The position numbers were made by a program, and so were the translations under genes. DNA of 64,000 bases, taken from assembly GCF_028290105.1 (NCBI RefSeq), contig NZ_JAQGKL010000098.1, positions 13,775 to 77,774 on the forward strand. The letters run 5' to 3'. Each line of letters begins with the position of its first letter. Positions within the stretch are counted from its first letter, which is position 1. Of the stretch, positions 20,419 to 30,372 are shown one piece after another. The notes under the pieces were generated by a model. The model did no database searches. It was not told the origin of the DNA and saw only the letters and a list, made by a program, of their open reading frames with translations. The stretch comes from Methylobacterium sp. (GTDB lineage Bacteria > Pseudomonadota > Alphaproteobacteria > Rhizobiales > Beijerinckiaceae).

Positions 20419-21153
20419 ATGAGCATCGCCGACACCGGCAACCTCCTGCTCCGGGCCATTCCGGGGGAAGAGCGCACGCAACTCCTGCCGCACTTCACCC
20501 GCATCGCGGTCTCCAAGGGCGAGCGCCTCGTCCAGGCGGGCGACCGCCTGGAATTCGCCTACTTCCCGGAGGCCGGGCTGTCCTCGAACATCGCGACGGC
20601 GCGCGGGAGCCGTCGCCTGGAGGTCGGCTGCTTCGGCTTCGAAGGCATGGTCAGCACGGCCACGTTCCTCGGATCCGACGAGGCCCCACACGAGATCCTG
20701 GTCCAGGCCGGTGGACCCTGGCTGCGCATCGAGGCTGCGCGCCTGCGCGTCGCGTTCGAGACCCTGCCGGGCCTGCGCGCCGTGCTGCTGCGCTACGTCC
20801 ATTTCGTCATCATGACCCTGTCGCAGACGGCCCTCTCGAACGGCGCCTATTCCATCGAGGAGCGCCTCGCGCGCTGGCTGCTGATGGCCCATGACCGCCT
20901 CGGTGGCGACGAGTTCGCGCTGACCCACGAATTCCTGTCCTTGATGCTGGGGACGCAGCGCTCGGGCGTCACCCTGGCGATCCAGGCGCTCGAAGGGCAC
21001 GGCATGATCCGGGCGCGGCGCGGACGGATCACGGTGCTCGACCGGACCCGGCTCTGCGCGCACGCGGGCGACAGCTACGGCCCGGCCGAGGCGGCCTACG
21101 AGCAGCTCATCGGGCCGCTGCGCGCCGGCCTCGCGCGCTCGTCGGCCGCCTAG
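20419..21153 (+). CDS. Crp/Fnr family transcriptional regulator
   Basis: GNLLL; cNMP-like barrel (EVGCFGFEG); ERLARWLL; LTHEFLSLMLG.QRSGVT HTH. Confidence 0.9.
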   Translation: MSIADTGNLLLRAIPGEERTQLLPHFTRIAVSKGERLVQAGDRLEFAYFPEAGLSSNIATARGSRRLEVGCFGFEGMVSTATFLGSDEAPHEILVQAGGPWLRIEAARLRVAFETLPGLRAVLLRYVHFVIMTLSQTALSNGAYSIEERLARWLLMAHDRLGGDEFALTHEFLSLMLGTQRSGVTLAIQALEGHGMIRARRGRITVLDRTRLCAHAGDSYGPAEAAYEQLIGPLRAGLARSSAA

Positions 21154-21256
21154 GAATCCGGGGTCGGCAGCGGATAAGTTCCGCGCCGGCGATCCTTTCG
21201 CGCGCATCCGGGTTCACGTGGAAACGGCCGCCATGTCCGGCCGCCGGGAGTCAGCG

Positions 21257-21826
21257 ATGGATACGTCAGCCTTGCCCGCGTCCGCCTTCGGCACGCCCGC
21301 CATCCTGCTCTCCGGGTCCGTCGACCAGGACATGTACCGGGACTTCCGGCGCCAGCTCGATGCGGCGGCCGAGCGGGATCTCGTGGTCGTCGAACTGACG
21401 ACCCTCGGGGGCGATCCGGAGGTGGCGCGCATGATGGGGGAGGACATCCGCTTCAACACCGAGATGTCGCCCGATCGCCGCTTCGTCTTCCTCGGCAAGG
21501 CCGCGATCTACTCGGCCGGGACCACCCTCATGAGCTTCTTTGCCCGCCCGAACCGCTACCTCACCCGGGGCACGCGCCTGATGGTCCACGAGCGCAAGCT
21601 CGCCAAGACGGTGGAGCTCAACGGCCCGCTGACCACCTGCATCGCCTCCGTCAAGGCCGCCCTGCACGAGATCGAGTGCTCCATCGAGATCCAGAACGAG
21701 GGTTTCGGCAACCTCGTCCAAGGGTCGCGCGTGAGCCTCGAGGAGGTTCTCCGGCGCGCGCCCGAGAACTGGTACATCGAGGCCGTGGAGGCGCAGGAAC
21801 TCGGCCTGATCGAGGGCGTGCTGTAA
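21257..21826 (+). CDS. ClpP-like peptidase S14
   Basis: TLGGDP, YSAG (Ser), MVHE (His) and WYI.A.EA.ELGLIEGV. Confidence 0.8.
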   Translation: MDTSALPASAFGTPAILLSGSVDQDMYRDFRRQLDAAAERDLVVVELTTLGGDPEVARMMGEDIRFNTEMSPDRRFVFLGKAAIYSAGTTLMSFFARPNRYLTRGTRLMVHERKLAKTVELNGPLTTCIASVKAALHEIECSIEIQNEGFGNLVQGSRVSLEEVLRRAPENWYIEAVEAQELGLIEGVL

Positions 21827-21860
21827 GGGCCCGGACCGACCTTGAGCCCCGTTCGTCCGC

Positions 21861-22607
21861 TCAGCTCTGGGAACCCTGCTCGGGCTCGGCGCGCGCGCCG
21901 CGCCGGCTGAGCGCCCGCTCGCCCGCCTCGATCCCGCACTTCTCCACGTGGACCACGCGATTGACGACCTGCAGGTTCGGCGCCCCCCAGAAGCCCAGGA
22001 GGGTCGGCCAGGGCGCGTCCCGGTGCTCGCGCCAGACGCGGTAGAGCGGCACCCGGTGATCCACCTCGGCGGTCTTGAACAGGCGCTTGCCCGAGGCCGC
22101 GCAGCGATGGCGCTGATGGGCTTTCAGCACCTTCACCTGATCGCTCGGGGCCACCCACAGCTTCCAGGCGGTGACACAGGCGGCGTGCCAGCGCGCGTTC
22201 TTGTTGGGGATGCCCGCGCCCCAGAGGTCCCGGTGCCAGCCGAAGCGGTAGACCGGCTGCCCGCAGATGCAGCAATGCCCCTTGCCGCGCGCATGGCCTG
22301 GCTCGCGAAACGGGGAGGGCGGCAGCCGGAACGTCGCCGCGAGTCCGGAATCCTTGACGGTGCCCAGGCGCCAGGTCCAGCCCTCGGGATGGCCCGAGCG
22401 CGTGGCCAGCGCCCGGGCGAGGCGATCGGCGCGCAGGAGATGGGCCCGCCAGTAGCTCTCGACCGCGAGGCGCGGCGTCGGCGGGATCAGCGGGCGGGCC
22501 AGGGCGTGCTGCAGGACGGCGCCCGGAAAGACGCCCGGAAGCGCCCGCTCCAGGCGGGCCAGCGCCGCGACGTTGCGCTCGGCGCGCCACTCCGATGCCG
22601 CGCTCAC
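21861..22607 (-). CDS. hypothetical protein with Zn-ribbon and HNH-like C-terminus
   Basis: CCICG; WHAAC; EVDHRVPL...NLQVVN..H. Confidence 0.75.
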   Translation of the reverse strand: MSAASEWRAERNVAALARLERALPGVFPGAVLQHALARPLIPPTPRLAVESYWRAHLLRADRLARALATRSGHPEGWTWRLGTVKDSGLAATFRLPPSPFREPGHARGKGHCCICGQPVYRFGWHRDLWGAGIPNKNARWHAACVTAWKLWVAPSDQVKVLKAHQRHRCAASGKRLFKTAEVDHRVPLYRVWREHRDAPWPTLLGFWGAPNLQVVNRVVHVEKCGIEAGERALSRRGARAEPEQGSQS

Positions 22608-22822
22608 GCCTCGGCGTGGGCGCTGGCGTCGGGACCGGAAGCGGGGAGGGCTTGCGCCGGCCGGCCCGCCACCGCGTCGGCGAGCCGGTTCAGGCGCCGG
22701 GCGAGATCCACCACCTCATTGAGTGCGATGGACTTCTCGCCATTCTTCACGGCGCGGGTGATGTCGCTGAGCTGCAGCTTGGAAATGCGGAGGAGTTCGG
22801 CGGCCAACTGGTCTCGTGTCAT
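22604..22822 (-). CDS. small hypothetical protein
   Basis: MTRDQLAAELLRISK...; 4-bp overlap with the next gene. Confidence 0.65.
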   Translation of the reverse strand: MTRDQLAAELLRISKLQLSDITRAVKNGEKSIALNEVVDLARRLNRLADAVAGRPAQALPASGPDASAHAEA

Positions 22823-23169
22823 CGTGCCGATCGCGGGGGTTTTGCGGGAACGCGGTTCCCAAGGCCTAAAGCGCAACGGTTACCGAGGCGTTGCGGCATG
22901 GGGGCTCGAGCCTTTCAGGCGGAGACCGCAAGGCTCGAGGCTTACTCGTGTTGCCGCGTGGATGGCACAGGCACGGGGCCTGCGCAGCGTCCGCTCACAG
23001 GGCGTCGTCCGACCTCGGATCTCATCATCACGGGCCCGTGAGTTGTGGCCGGGCCAAGGAACCAATTAACAAGGGTAACGTTCGATGCTTGATTTGCATC
23101 GATTTTGCGGGTCGCCCTCTCCCGAGCCTGACCGCATTCGCCACACCTGGCGCCCCGGGGCCCCCGACC

Positions 23170-24192
23170 GTGTCGCTTCCGTCGATCACCTTTTCCACCC
23201 GGCGGCTCGATCCTGGGCTTGGCTTTGGAGCGTATCACGACCTGTACGCGACCGGCGCGGACGTAGCGCGCGTGGGGGACGTCTTCCATGCCGAGGTACA
23301 GGCCTATCGCTTCGAGCGGATGATCCTGTTCAAGCGCAGCCTGAACGGCCTCCAGCACAGTCGGAATCCCACGCGCGTCCGGCGGGACGCCTTCGACCAT
23401 ATCACGCTCCATCTCCTGCTGGCCGGCGAGATGCGCGCCGGTCCGCCAGGCCACGAACGCCGGATGCAACCGGGCGAGATCCTCGTCCTCGACAACAGCC
23501 TGCCGCAGCAAAGCCGATCCTACGACGTCAACGTGATCTCCGCACCCGTGGCCCGCGACCTGATCGAGCCTCTGGTGCCCGACATCCGGGCGTTTCACGG
23601 GACGATCCTGCCGGAAGCCATCGGGGGCCTCCTGGCCGATTTCCTCATTGCCCTGACGCGGCGCTCGCCCACGCTCGATGCGAACGTTGGCGGTCATTCC
23701 AGCACGGTGGTCGGCATGCTGCTGGCGGCGGTCCTGCGTGGGCAAGCTCCGCCGGTCGAGGCGGTGGTCTGGGCAGGAGCCCACGATCTCAACGGGGATC
23801 TGGCGCGGCGGCGGCAGGCCGAGGCCCATATCGAGGCGCATCTCGGCGAGCAGGACCTGAACGCGAACTCCATCGCGGCCGCCATCGCCGTGTCGCGCAG
23901 CATCCTCTATCGCACCTTCGCGCCCGATGGCGGCGTCGCCCGGTTCGTGCGGCAACGGCGCCTGGAACGCGTCCGCCATGCCTTGCGGCGTCAGGGCGAG
24001 ACGCGATCGATTGCGACGCTGGCCTATGCCTACGGCTTCACCAGCGAGCATCATTTCAACCGGACCTTCCGGGACGCGTTCGGCCGGCCACCGGGACAGT
24101 TCCGAACTGACCTGAACCGGCGTCGCAACGAGGCACGCAAGGATCAAAGCCCTGCGACGGTCCTCGGGGAATGGCTCTGCGAGCTGTATTGA
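23170..24192 (+). CDS. AraC family transcriptional regulator
   Basis: C-terminal IAVSRSILYRTF..GGVARFVRQRRL...SIATLAYAYGF..EHHFNRTFR..FG; start codon uncertain. Confidence 0.88.
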   Translation: MSLPSITFSTRRLDPGLGFGAYHDLYATGADVARVGDVFHAEVQAYRFERMILFKRSLNGLQHSRNPTRVRRDAFDHITLHLLLAGEMRAGPPGHERRMQPGEILVLDNSLPQQSRSYDVNVISAPVARDLIEPLVPDIRAFHGTILPEAIGGLLADFLIALTRRSPTLDANVGGHSSTVVGMLLAAVLRGQAPPVEAVVWAGAHDLNGDLARRRQAEAHIEAHLGEQDLNANSIAAAIAVSRSILYRTFAPDGGVARFVRQRRLERVRHALRRQGETRSIATLAYAYGFTSEHHFNRTFRDAFGRPPGQFRTDLNRRRNEARKDQSPATVLGEWLCELY

Positions 24193-24283
24193 TGGCGGCC
24201 CCGGGTCGTTGCTCAGGCACGCGTCCCGAGCCGTCCCTCGCGTGACGGCCCCGGACGCGGTGGGGCCGGTCGATCCGCAGCGT

Positions 24284-25591
24284 ATGGGCAGGCGCACCTG
24301 GCCGCTGGTGCTTCTCCTGACGGGAGCGCAACTCTCGGCCGGGAGCGACCGGTTCCTGATCACCCTGGTGACCACGCCGGCAAAGCAGGCGCTGGCCCTG
24401 AGCGATGCCCAACTCGGTCTCCTGCTGGGCTCGGCCTTCGTGCTGCTCTACGCGCTGACGATGCCGCTCCTCGGTACGCTCGCCGATCGCGGCCACCAGC
24501 GCGCGATCCTCCTGGTGAGCATCGCGGTCTGGACGCTGGCGACCTTCGGCTTCGGGCTGGCGGGCTCCTTCGCGGCCCTGTTCCTCGCCCGCCTCGCCCT
24601 CGGTCTGGGCCAGGCCGGCGTCGCCCCGGCTGCCCTTTCGCTGATCGCCCATCATTCCGGCCGGGGGCGAATGGCCCTCGCGGTCTCGTTGTTCACGGCC
24701 GCCGGAAGCCTCGGGCAATCCTTCGCCCTCGTCTCCGGCGGCGCTTTGCTGGCCTGGCTGGTGGCGCGCGGCGGCCTGTGGTTCCCGGGGTTGGGGGGGC
24801 TGCCCCCCTGGCGCGCGCTCTTCGTCCTGGCCTGCCTGCCCAATCTCCTGCTCCTGCTGTTTGCGGCGTCCGTGCGCCTGCCCGCGACGCCGCCGCTCGC
24901 CCGGGCCAGGCTCGGGACCGCCTTCGCCTGGATGGTGCGCCGCCGGAGCATCTACCTGCCGCACTTCGCCGCCTCCGCCGCCGCCGTCCTGATGGGACGG
25001 ACCTTGGCCGCCTGGGGGCCGACCTTCTACGTCCGCAGCCACGGCATGAGCCCCGCCGAGAGCGGCATCACCCTCGGGCTGCTGCTGCTGATCGGTGGTC
25101 CCCTCGGCCATGTGGCCGCGGGCCTGATCCTCGACCGCATCGACCCGCGCCGACGGCGGCCTGCGGCTTCGTGGATGCTCGGCCTCGGCCTCGTGCTCGC
25201 TCTGCCGGCCGTCATCGTCATGACCATCGTGCCGGATCGGGCGATGTCTCTTGCCGGCTTCACCCTGCTCACGGCGATTCTCGGCTTCACGGCGCCGGCG
25301 GCCCTGTCCGGCGTGCAGTGGCTGACGCCCATCGCGCTGCGCGGGCGGGTCAGCGCGCTCTTCATCGCGGCCGTCACCCTGACGGCCTCCGGCACCGGCC
25401 CTCCGCTGCTCGGGCTCCTCGCGGACACCGTCTACGGTGCCGACCAACTCGGCCGGGCGCTAATCACGCTGTTCCTGCTCGTCGGCGGACCGGGGATCCT
25501 GTGCGCGGTCCGCGCCGCGCGCCGCGCGGCTCCCCGGTCCCCAAGGACGCCGGAAGCCGTCCGCGTTCCGGCGTCGAGACTCAGCGCCTGA
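24284..25591 (+). CDS. MFS transporter
   Basis: About 12 TM segments; G.LADRG and LARLALGLG motifs; start uncertain. Confidence 0.88.
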   Translation: MGRRTWPLVLLLTGAQLSAGSDRFLITLVTTPAKQALALSDAQLGLLLGSAFVLLYALTMPLLGTLADRGHQRAILLVSIAVWTLATFGFGLAGSFAALFLARLALGLGQAGVAPAALSLIAHHSGRGRMALAVSLFTAAGSLGQSFALVSGGALLAWLVARGGLWFPGLGGLPPWRALFVLACLPNLLLLLFAASVRLPATPPLARARLGTAFAWMVRRRSIYLPHFAASAAAVLMGRTLAAWGPTFYVRSHGMSPAESGITLGLLLLIGGPLGHVAAGLILDRIDPRRRRPAASWMLGLGLVLALPAVIVMTIVPDRAMSLAGFTLLTAILGFTAPAALSGVQWLTPIALRGRVSALFIAAVTLTASGTGPPLLGLLADTVYGADQLGRALITLFLLVGGPGILCAVRAARRAAPRSPRTPEAVRVPASRLSA

Positions 25592-25946
25592 GTGCGTCGA
25601 ACCAGGACGAGACCGGATCGATGACCTCGGCGGCCATCGAGGACACCCAGGCCCTGGCCCGATCGGTCAGACCCCGGCGAGTGCCGCGATCCGTGGCCCC
25701 GGCATCGGCGCGCATCGCAGCGGCCACGTAGGCATCCTCGCCGGCCTGACACATGTCGAGGGCGCTGCGCTGGGAGGCCGCCCGACTCTGGGCCATGGGC
25801 TGGTGCCGGAAGGCCTCCCGCACGCAGTCGTGCCAGTCACGCTCCAGGGCCGCGAGGTCACCGGGCGACCGCGAAGACGGCTGCGCATTCGCGCCCGGAG
25901 CGGCGAGGACGATCGACAGAAATGCGCAGGCGGCGGTCATTCGCAT
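25581..25946 (-). CDS. secreted hypothetical protein
   Basis: Signal peptide ending ANA; two Cys (WHDCV, LDMCQ). Confidence 0.65.
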   Translation of the reverse strand: MRMTAACAFLSIVLAAPGANAQPSSRSPGDLAALERDWHDCVREAFRHQPMAQSRAASQRSALDMCQAGEDAYVAAAMRADAGATDRGTRRGLTDRARAWVSSMAAEVIDPVSSWFDALRR

Positions 25947-26164
25947 GAACGCAGTATGCCCGATTTCCATCCCTTCGCACAGGAACAAAACGGCAACACA
26001 AAGCGGTTTCGAGGTTTCCGGTCCGGGACATGAGGTTGCGCACGCGGTCGGAGCCAAGGTCGCAGATCCGCGCAACGCAACAGGGGACTTCGCGCGTGTG
26101 TGCGCCGGTCGTCACGTCGCTGGACTGCCGTGACGACCCTTCGATATCGCGCGACGGGTGGGCG

Positions 26165-26290
26165 TCAGATCAGGCCCACATCGCCACGAAAGGTGGAGCC
26201 CGCCGGGGTCTCGACCGACACCACGGCACCGAGCCCGACAATCAGAGCGGCGGCCGCGCACAGCGACAGTGTGAATGCGATGAGGATCAT
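26165..26290 (-). CDS. small membrane peptide (41 aa)
   Basis: MILIAFTLSLCAAAALIVGLGAVVSVE..., single TM segment. Confidence 0.4.
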   Translation of the reverse strand: MILIAFTLSLCAAAALIVGLGAVVSVETPAGSTFRGDVGLI

Positions 26291-26835
26291 GACGTCGGTT
26301 GATCCGATCGGGCTTAAGATTTGGTGACGTGCCGGGCTCACCCGCGTCCCGAAATCGAGCGCCGCGAGGGCCGGCCGCCATGGCCTCAGCCGCGATCGAG
26401 CGGCGAGCGGATCGGAGGCCCGCCCGCCTGCGAAATCCGAGTCCGTCGGGGTCTCACCTCGAACAAACTGCGTTTTTCCCTCAGCGCGCGTAAACTTCGG
26501 TCGGCACGATTGCGGCACGAGCGACCCATCGAGGCTTTGGCACCAAACAGGGGCAGCGGAGGCCGAAAGCAACGTTCCGGACCACGGCGTCCTTCAACGG
26601 CGTAGGCCATCGCGTGAAGCTCGAACGCGCAAAGCCTTTCGCCATCAAGGCTTTAGGGCCGTGCCGCGGCGGAACCTCAGCTCGCTGCGATGCGGGGGAT
26701 TTGCCGAAGTACAAGGCGGGGGAGACCAAGGTTTCGTGCAAGTCGAACGAGAGTCGTCTCTGTCCGAAGCGGCGGGCGGCCCGCGCTGACCTCCGCGCCT
26801 GTGGATGACGGCCGCAATCTCGACGGATTTCCCTT

Positions 26836-26860
26836 GGAACGCTCGCGGCACCGCTTAGTT
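26836..26860 (+). promoter_or_regulatory. putative sigmaEcfG promoter
   Basis: GGAAC-N17-GTT, 75 bp upstream of the SWIB gene. Confidence 0.55.
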
Positions 26861-26935
26861 GTTGCAGCTATGCGCTGCGAGGCCACAGGCCGTGGGCGTA
26901 CCGGCGCTCACCGTCGACATCCGGAGGACAATGCC

Positions 26936-27307
26936 ATGGCAAAGAGCACCACCAAGACTGCGGAGAAGGCAGCGCCCAAGGCCGCCGACAAGGCTGCCGA
27001 GAAGCCGGCCGCCGCCGCCAAGGGCAAGAAGGTCGCCGCGCCGAAGGGCGAGGGCGCCAAGCCGAACGCGCTGCAGCAGCCGCTGAAGCCTTCGCCCGAA
27101 CTCGCCGCCGTCGTCGGCGATGCTGCCCTGCCGCGCGGCGAGGTCGTGAGCAAGGTCTGGGAATACATCAAGAAGCACGAGCTCCAGAACCCCGAGAACA
27201 AGCGAGAGATCCTCGCCGACGACAAGCTGAAGAAGGTCTTTGGCAAGGACAAGTGCACCATGTTCGAGATGAACAAGCACCTGGCAGCGCACCTGAAGTC
27301 GGCCTGA
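26936..27307 (+). CDS. SWIB/MDM2 domain protein with K/A-rich N-tail
   Basis: PSPELAAVVG..LPRGEVVSKVWEYIKKH.LQNP.NKREI.AD.KL; RBS GGAGG. Confidence 0.92.
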   Translation: MAKSTTKTAEKAAPKAADKAAEKPAAAAKGKKVAAPKGEGAKPNALQQPLKPSPELAAVVGDAALPRGEVVSKVWEYIKKHELQNPENKREILADDKLKKVFGKDKCTMFEMNKHLAAHLKSA

Positions 27308-27348
27308 ACACGGCCTTCGGCTTCGACGAAAACACCCGGATCGGCGTC

Positions 27349-27369
27349 GGGGAGGGGTTCTCCCTCCCC
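27349..27369. terminator. hairpin between convergent genes
   Basis: GGGGAGGG-N5-CCCTCCCC. Confidence 0.45.
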
Positions 27370-27407
27370 TTGGCCGACCGGCCCCGGCATTCAACCCAGA
27401 TCGCGGG

Positions 27408-29552
27408 TCAGACCCCGCCGCCCGCTCGCCGCGTCCGACGCTCGACCTTTCGCGTCGCCGTCTCCTGCAGGTGGCGTTCGATGGCCCCATTGGCGCGGGA
27501 GCGCATCTCCCGCATGGCGTCCGCGTCGTCGAAGGTCTCGGGAAAGCGCCGGGACAGCCAGAGATAGGCGCTGGCGAGCTTCACCGTCCGTTCCTGATAG
27601 ACGAGTTCGCCCGCCAGATTCGCGCGCAGGGCCGGGACCGTGATGCCGCCCGCCCGCGCCTGCGTCCAGCGTTCCAGCATGCCGAGGGAGACCGGATCGC
27701 GCCGGTCGACGGGGCAGACCGAGAACGCGAATTTCTCCGCGATCGGCAACCGCGCCTTGTCCACCACGCGGGCGATTTCCAGGATCTCCTCCAGGGCGGA
27801 GGGCTGGAACGGCGAGCCGGCGTAGAAGGTGGCGCGGGCGAAATGCGCCAGGACCTCGCGCAGGCTGTCGGTGCGCATCTCCTCGGCCACCGAGTTGATC
27901 GCGATCAGGTCGGGCCGCACGAAGAAGCGCGTGTCGGCGGCCGGCGCCGTGGGAGCGCCCGCGAGGGCCGCGCGAATCGGCTCCAGGCCAGTCTCATCCA
28001 CGGCGGCGACGTAGCCCTCGTCCTGGTGCCCGAAGCGGCCGGCGCGGCCGGCGATCTGGCGGATCTCGGAATTGGTCAGCGCCCGCTCGCCGACGCCGTC
28101 CCACTTGCGCACCGCCGAGAAGACGATGCGCTTGAGCGGCCCGAGGTTGAGCCCCATGCCGATGGCGTCGGTGGTGACGAGGACGTCGGCCTCGCCGGCA
28201 CGGAAGCGGGCGGCTTCGGCGCGACGCACCTCCGGCGAGAGCGCGCCGTAGATCGTCGCCACCCGGTGTCCCGCCGCCACCAGGGTCTCGCGGTTCTCGT
28301 GGACGGCCCGGCGCGAGAACGCCACCACGGCGTCGCCGGGCGTCACCTTCTCAAGGGGGACGGGCGTCTCCTGCAGCACCAGCGGCGTCTTGCGCACGAA
28401 GGTGATCACCTCCAGGGATTCGTTGGCGGCCTCCGCCGCCCGGCGCACGGCCGCCAGGGCATCGTCCGAGCCGCAGACCACCACGGTGCGGGCAGCCACC
28501 CCGAACAGGGCGTTGGTCCAGGCCCAGCCCCGGTCCGGGTCGGCGATCATCTGGATCTCGTCGATGACGGCGACCTCGACGGGCCGGCTCAGGTCGGCGG
28601 TCTCGATGGTGCGCGCCGTGTGGGTCGGATTCAGGTCGCCGAGGGTCTCCTCGCCGGTGACCATGCCGGCGCGCAGGCCGCGCTCGACGAGCGCCTCGTA
28701 ATTCTCCAGGGCGAGAAGGCGCAGGGGTGCGAGGTAGGTGCCCGTGGCGGCCGCCCGCAGCATCTCGAGCGCCGCGTAGGTCTTGCCGGAATTCGTCGGC
28801 CCCATGTGGAAGATGATGCGGCGGCCAAGGCCCCGCGCGGCGGTGAACTTCTCGATATAGGCGCCGAAGCCGACCTGGTCGCGCAGGCGGCGCAGGCGCG
28901 AATCCTCGCGCGCCACGGTGCGGGCCCTGGCGCGCACCCCCTTCAGGGTGTCGGTGAGGGACTGGTTGAGATTGGGCGAGAGCAGGAAGGCCCGCGAGCG
29001 CAGGGACCGGTCGAGGTGGTCGATATAGGTGACCGCATCGGCACCGACCTCGCGCAGGTCCTCCGCCACCTGATCGCGCAGGCGTTCCACCGCCCGGCGT
29101 AGGGACTTGGCCGTGCGGATCGTGGTCTCGGCGACGCCGGCGCGCAATTCGTCGAGGCGCCAGGTCGGATCGTTGCGGTGGGCCATCCCCGCAAGGATGC
29201 CGGCGATCCCGGTCTCGGGGGCGGCGTCGACCCGCAGATCCAGGCGCCCGCCATCGAGGATCGGGATCGTGGACCGGATGGTCCAGGTGATGCTGCCGTC
29301 CCGCATCACGGCGGCACGCAGGGCCGGAACCGCCTTCTTCAGGCTGACCACCCCGCCTTCCGCAAAGGCGCGACGCGCCTTCAACTCGCGCAGGGCTTTC
29401 GCCACCACCGCATCCTCGACGAAGCCGCCGAGTTCCGGCAGGCCGAGATGCAGCCGCAGGGCATCCACCTCGACGCTGCGGGGCGGCAGGCCCAGGCGCA
29501 TGGCCGCCTCCAGCAGGATCTCGCTCGTCGGTCGCACGCGCTTGCGGGCCAT
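27408..29552 (-). CDS. SUV3-like SF2 RNA/DNA helicase
   Basis: HMGPTNSGKT, DEIQM, YGALSPE, TDAIGMGLNL and QIAGRAGR. Confidence 0.9.
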   Translation of the reverse strand: MARKRVRPTSEILLEAAMRLGLPPRSVEVDALRLHLGLPELGGFVEDAVVAKALRELKARRAFAEGGVVSLKKAVPALRAAVMRDGSITWTIRSTIPILDGGRLDLRVDAAPETGIAGILAGMAHRNDPTWRLDELRAGVAETTIRTAKSLRRAVERLRDQVAEDLREVGADAVTYIDHLDRSLRSRAFLLSPNLNQSLTDTLKGVRARARTVAREDSRLRRLRDQVGFGAYIEKFTAARGLGRRIIFHMGPTNSGKTYAALEMLRAAATGTYLAPLRLLALENYEALVERGLRAGMVTGEETLGDLNPTHTARTIETADLSRPVEVAVIDEIQMIADPDRGWAWTNALFGVAARTVVVCGSDDALAAVRRAAEAANESLEVITFVRKTPLVLQETPVPLEKVTPGDAVVAFSRRAVHENRETLVAAGHRVATIYGALSPEVRRAEAARFRAGEADVLVTTDAIGMGLNLGPLKRIVFSAVRKWDGVGERALTNSEIRQIAGRAGRFGHQDEGYVAAVDETGLEPIRAALAGAPTAPAADTRFFVRPDLIAINSVAEEMRTDSLREVLAHFARATFYAGSPFQPSALEEILEIARVVDKARLPIAEKFAFSVCPVDRRDPVSLGMLERWTQARAGGITVPALRANLAGELVYQERTVKLASAYLWLSRRFPETFDDADAMREMRSRANGAIERHLQETATRKVERRTRRAGGGV

Positions 29553-30093
29553 GGGCCTCTCATCGTGGGGGCGTCATTCGCCACGGACGGACAACCGTGG
29601 TGACGTCAGGGTGTGCGGCAGGCGGGCTAAAAAGCAACGGCCCGGATCAGCGCAGCGCCGGTTCGGCCGTTCCCAGGCCGGTTGCCCCCAGCAAAGCGCC
29701 GGGTCCCCGGCCGCCCGCCGGCTCATCGCCCGTCCGGGTGCTGCGATCGGAGGACGGAAGCCTCGTCCCACGGCATCGGCACCTCTCGATCCGCGACGGA
29801 AACCGAGGCCGAGTGCCTCGTGTTCCTGCGGGTCCGCACAGCAAAAAACGACATAGACGCGTTCACCGAAAGGTGAGATCCCTCGCTCCGACAATCGGAG
29901 GTTGGTTAAAGTGCGTCGATTGATCCACGTTATTTAACAGCTTCCTTTTCGCCTGCTAACAGGGCGAAGCAGAGCGGGTCGGCAATGTGTAGCGAGCAGG
30001 CCGGAATGCTGGGGATGGACGGCGCGGGATCGCCGATCCGACGCCGAAAGGCCCCCGACGTCGAAACATCACAGTCACAGCCCAGGGAGCAAC

Positions 30094-30363
30094 ATGATGC
30101 ACGAGAATTCCGCCGGACCGGGCGCGTTCTGGGCCTCCGTGGCGCATCATGTCACGAGCCGGGTCGAGCCGGTTCTCGCCCGGGACGGCAAGGCGCGGGC
30201 GGGCGTCATCGAGTACCTGCGCGACCTCGAGGCGGTGGCGTTGCGCGAGGGCAGCAGCCGCGAGGCGCTCCAGGTGATCGCCTCCGGCCGCCGCCTCCTG
30301 GGAGACCGCAGCGAGGCCGCGCCGGCCGAGATCGCCCGCGCGGTGCGCACCATCCTGGACTGA
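30094..30363 (+). CDS. hypothetical protein
   Basis: 89 aa; RBS AGGGAG. Confidence 0.7.
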   Translation: MMHENSAGPGAFWASVAHHVTSRVEPVLARDGKARAGVIEYLRDLEAVALREGSSREALQVIASGRRLLGDRSEAAPAEIARAVRTILD

Positions 30364-30372
30364 CGCATGCTC

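Noticed and set aside
26480-26700. c-di-GMP-I riboswitch or sRNA (GCAAAGCC plus hairpin AAAGCCT/AGGCTTT)
   Set aside because: No GGCAAA...GAAA P1/P2 architecture; the hairpin alone is insufficient evidence
29574-29894. Coding gene in the 540-bp spacer
   Set aside because: No RBS, codon bias or motif supports any of the candidate frames
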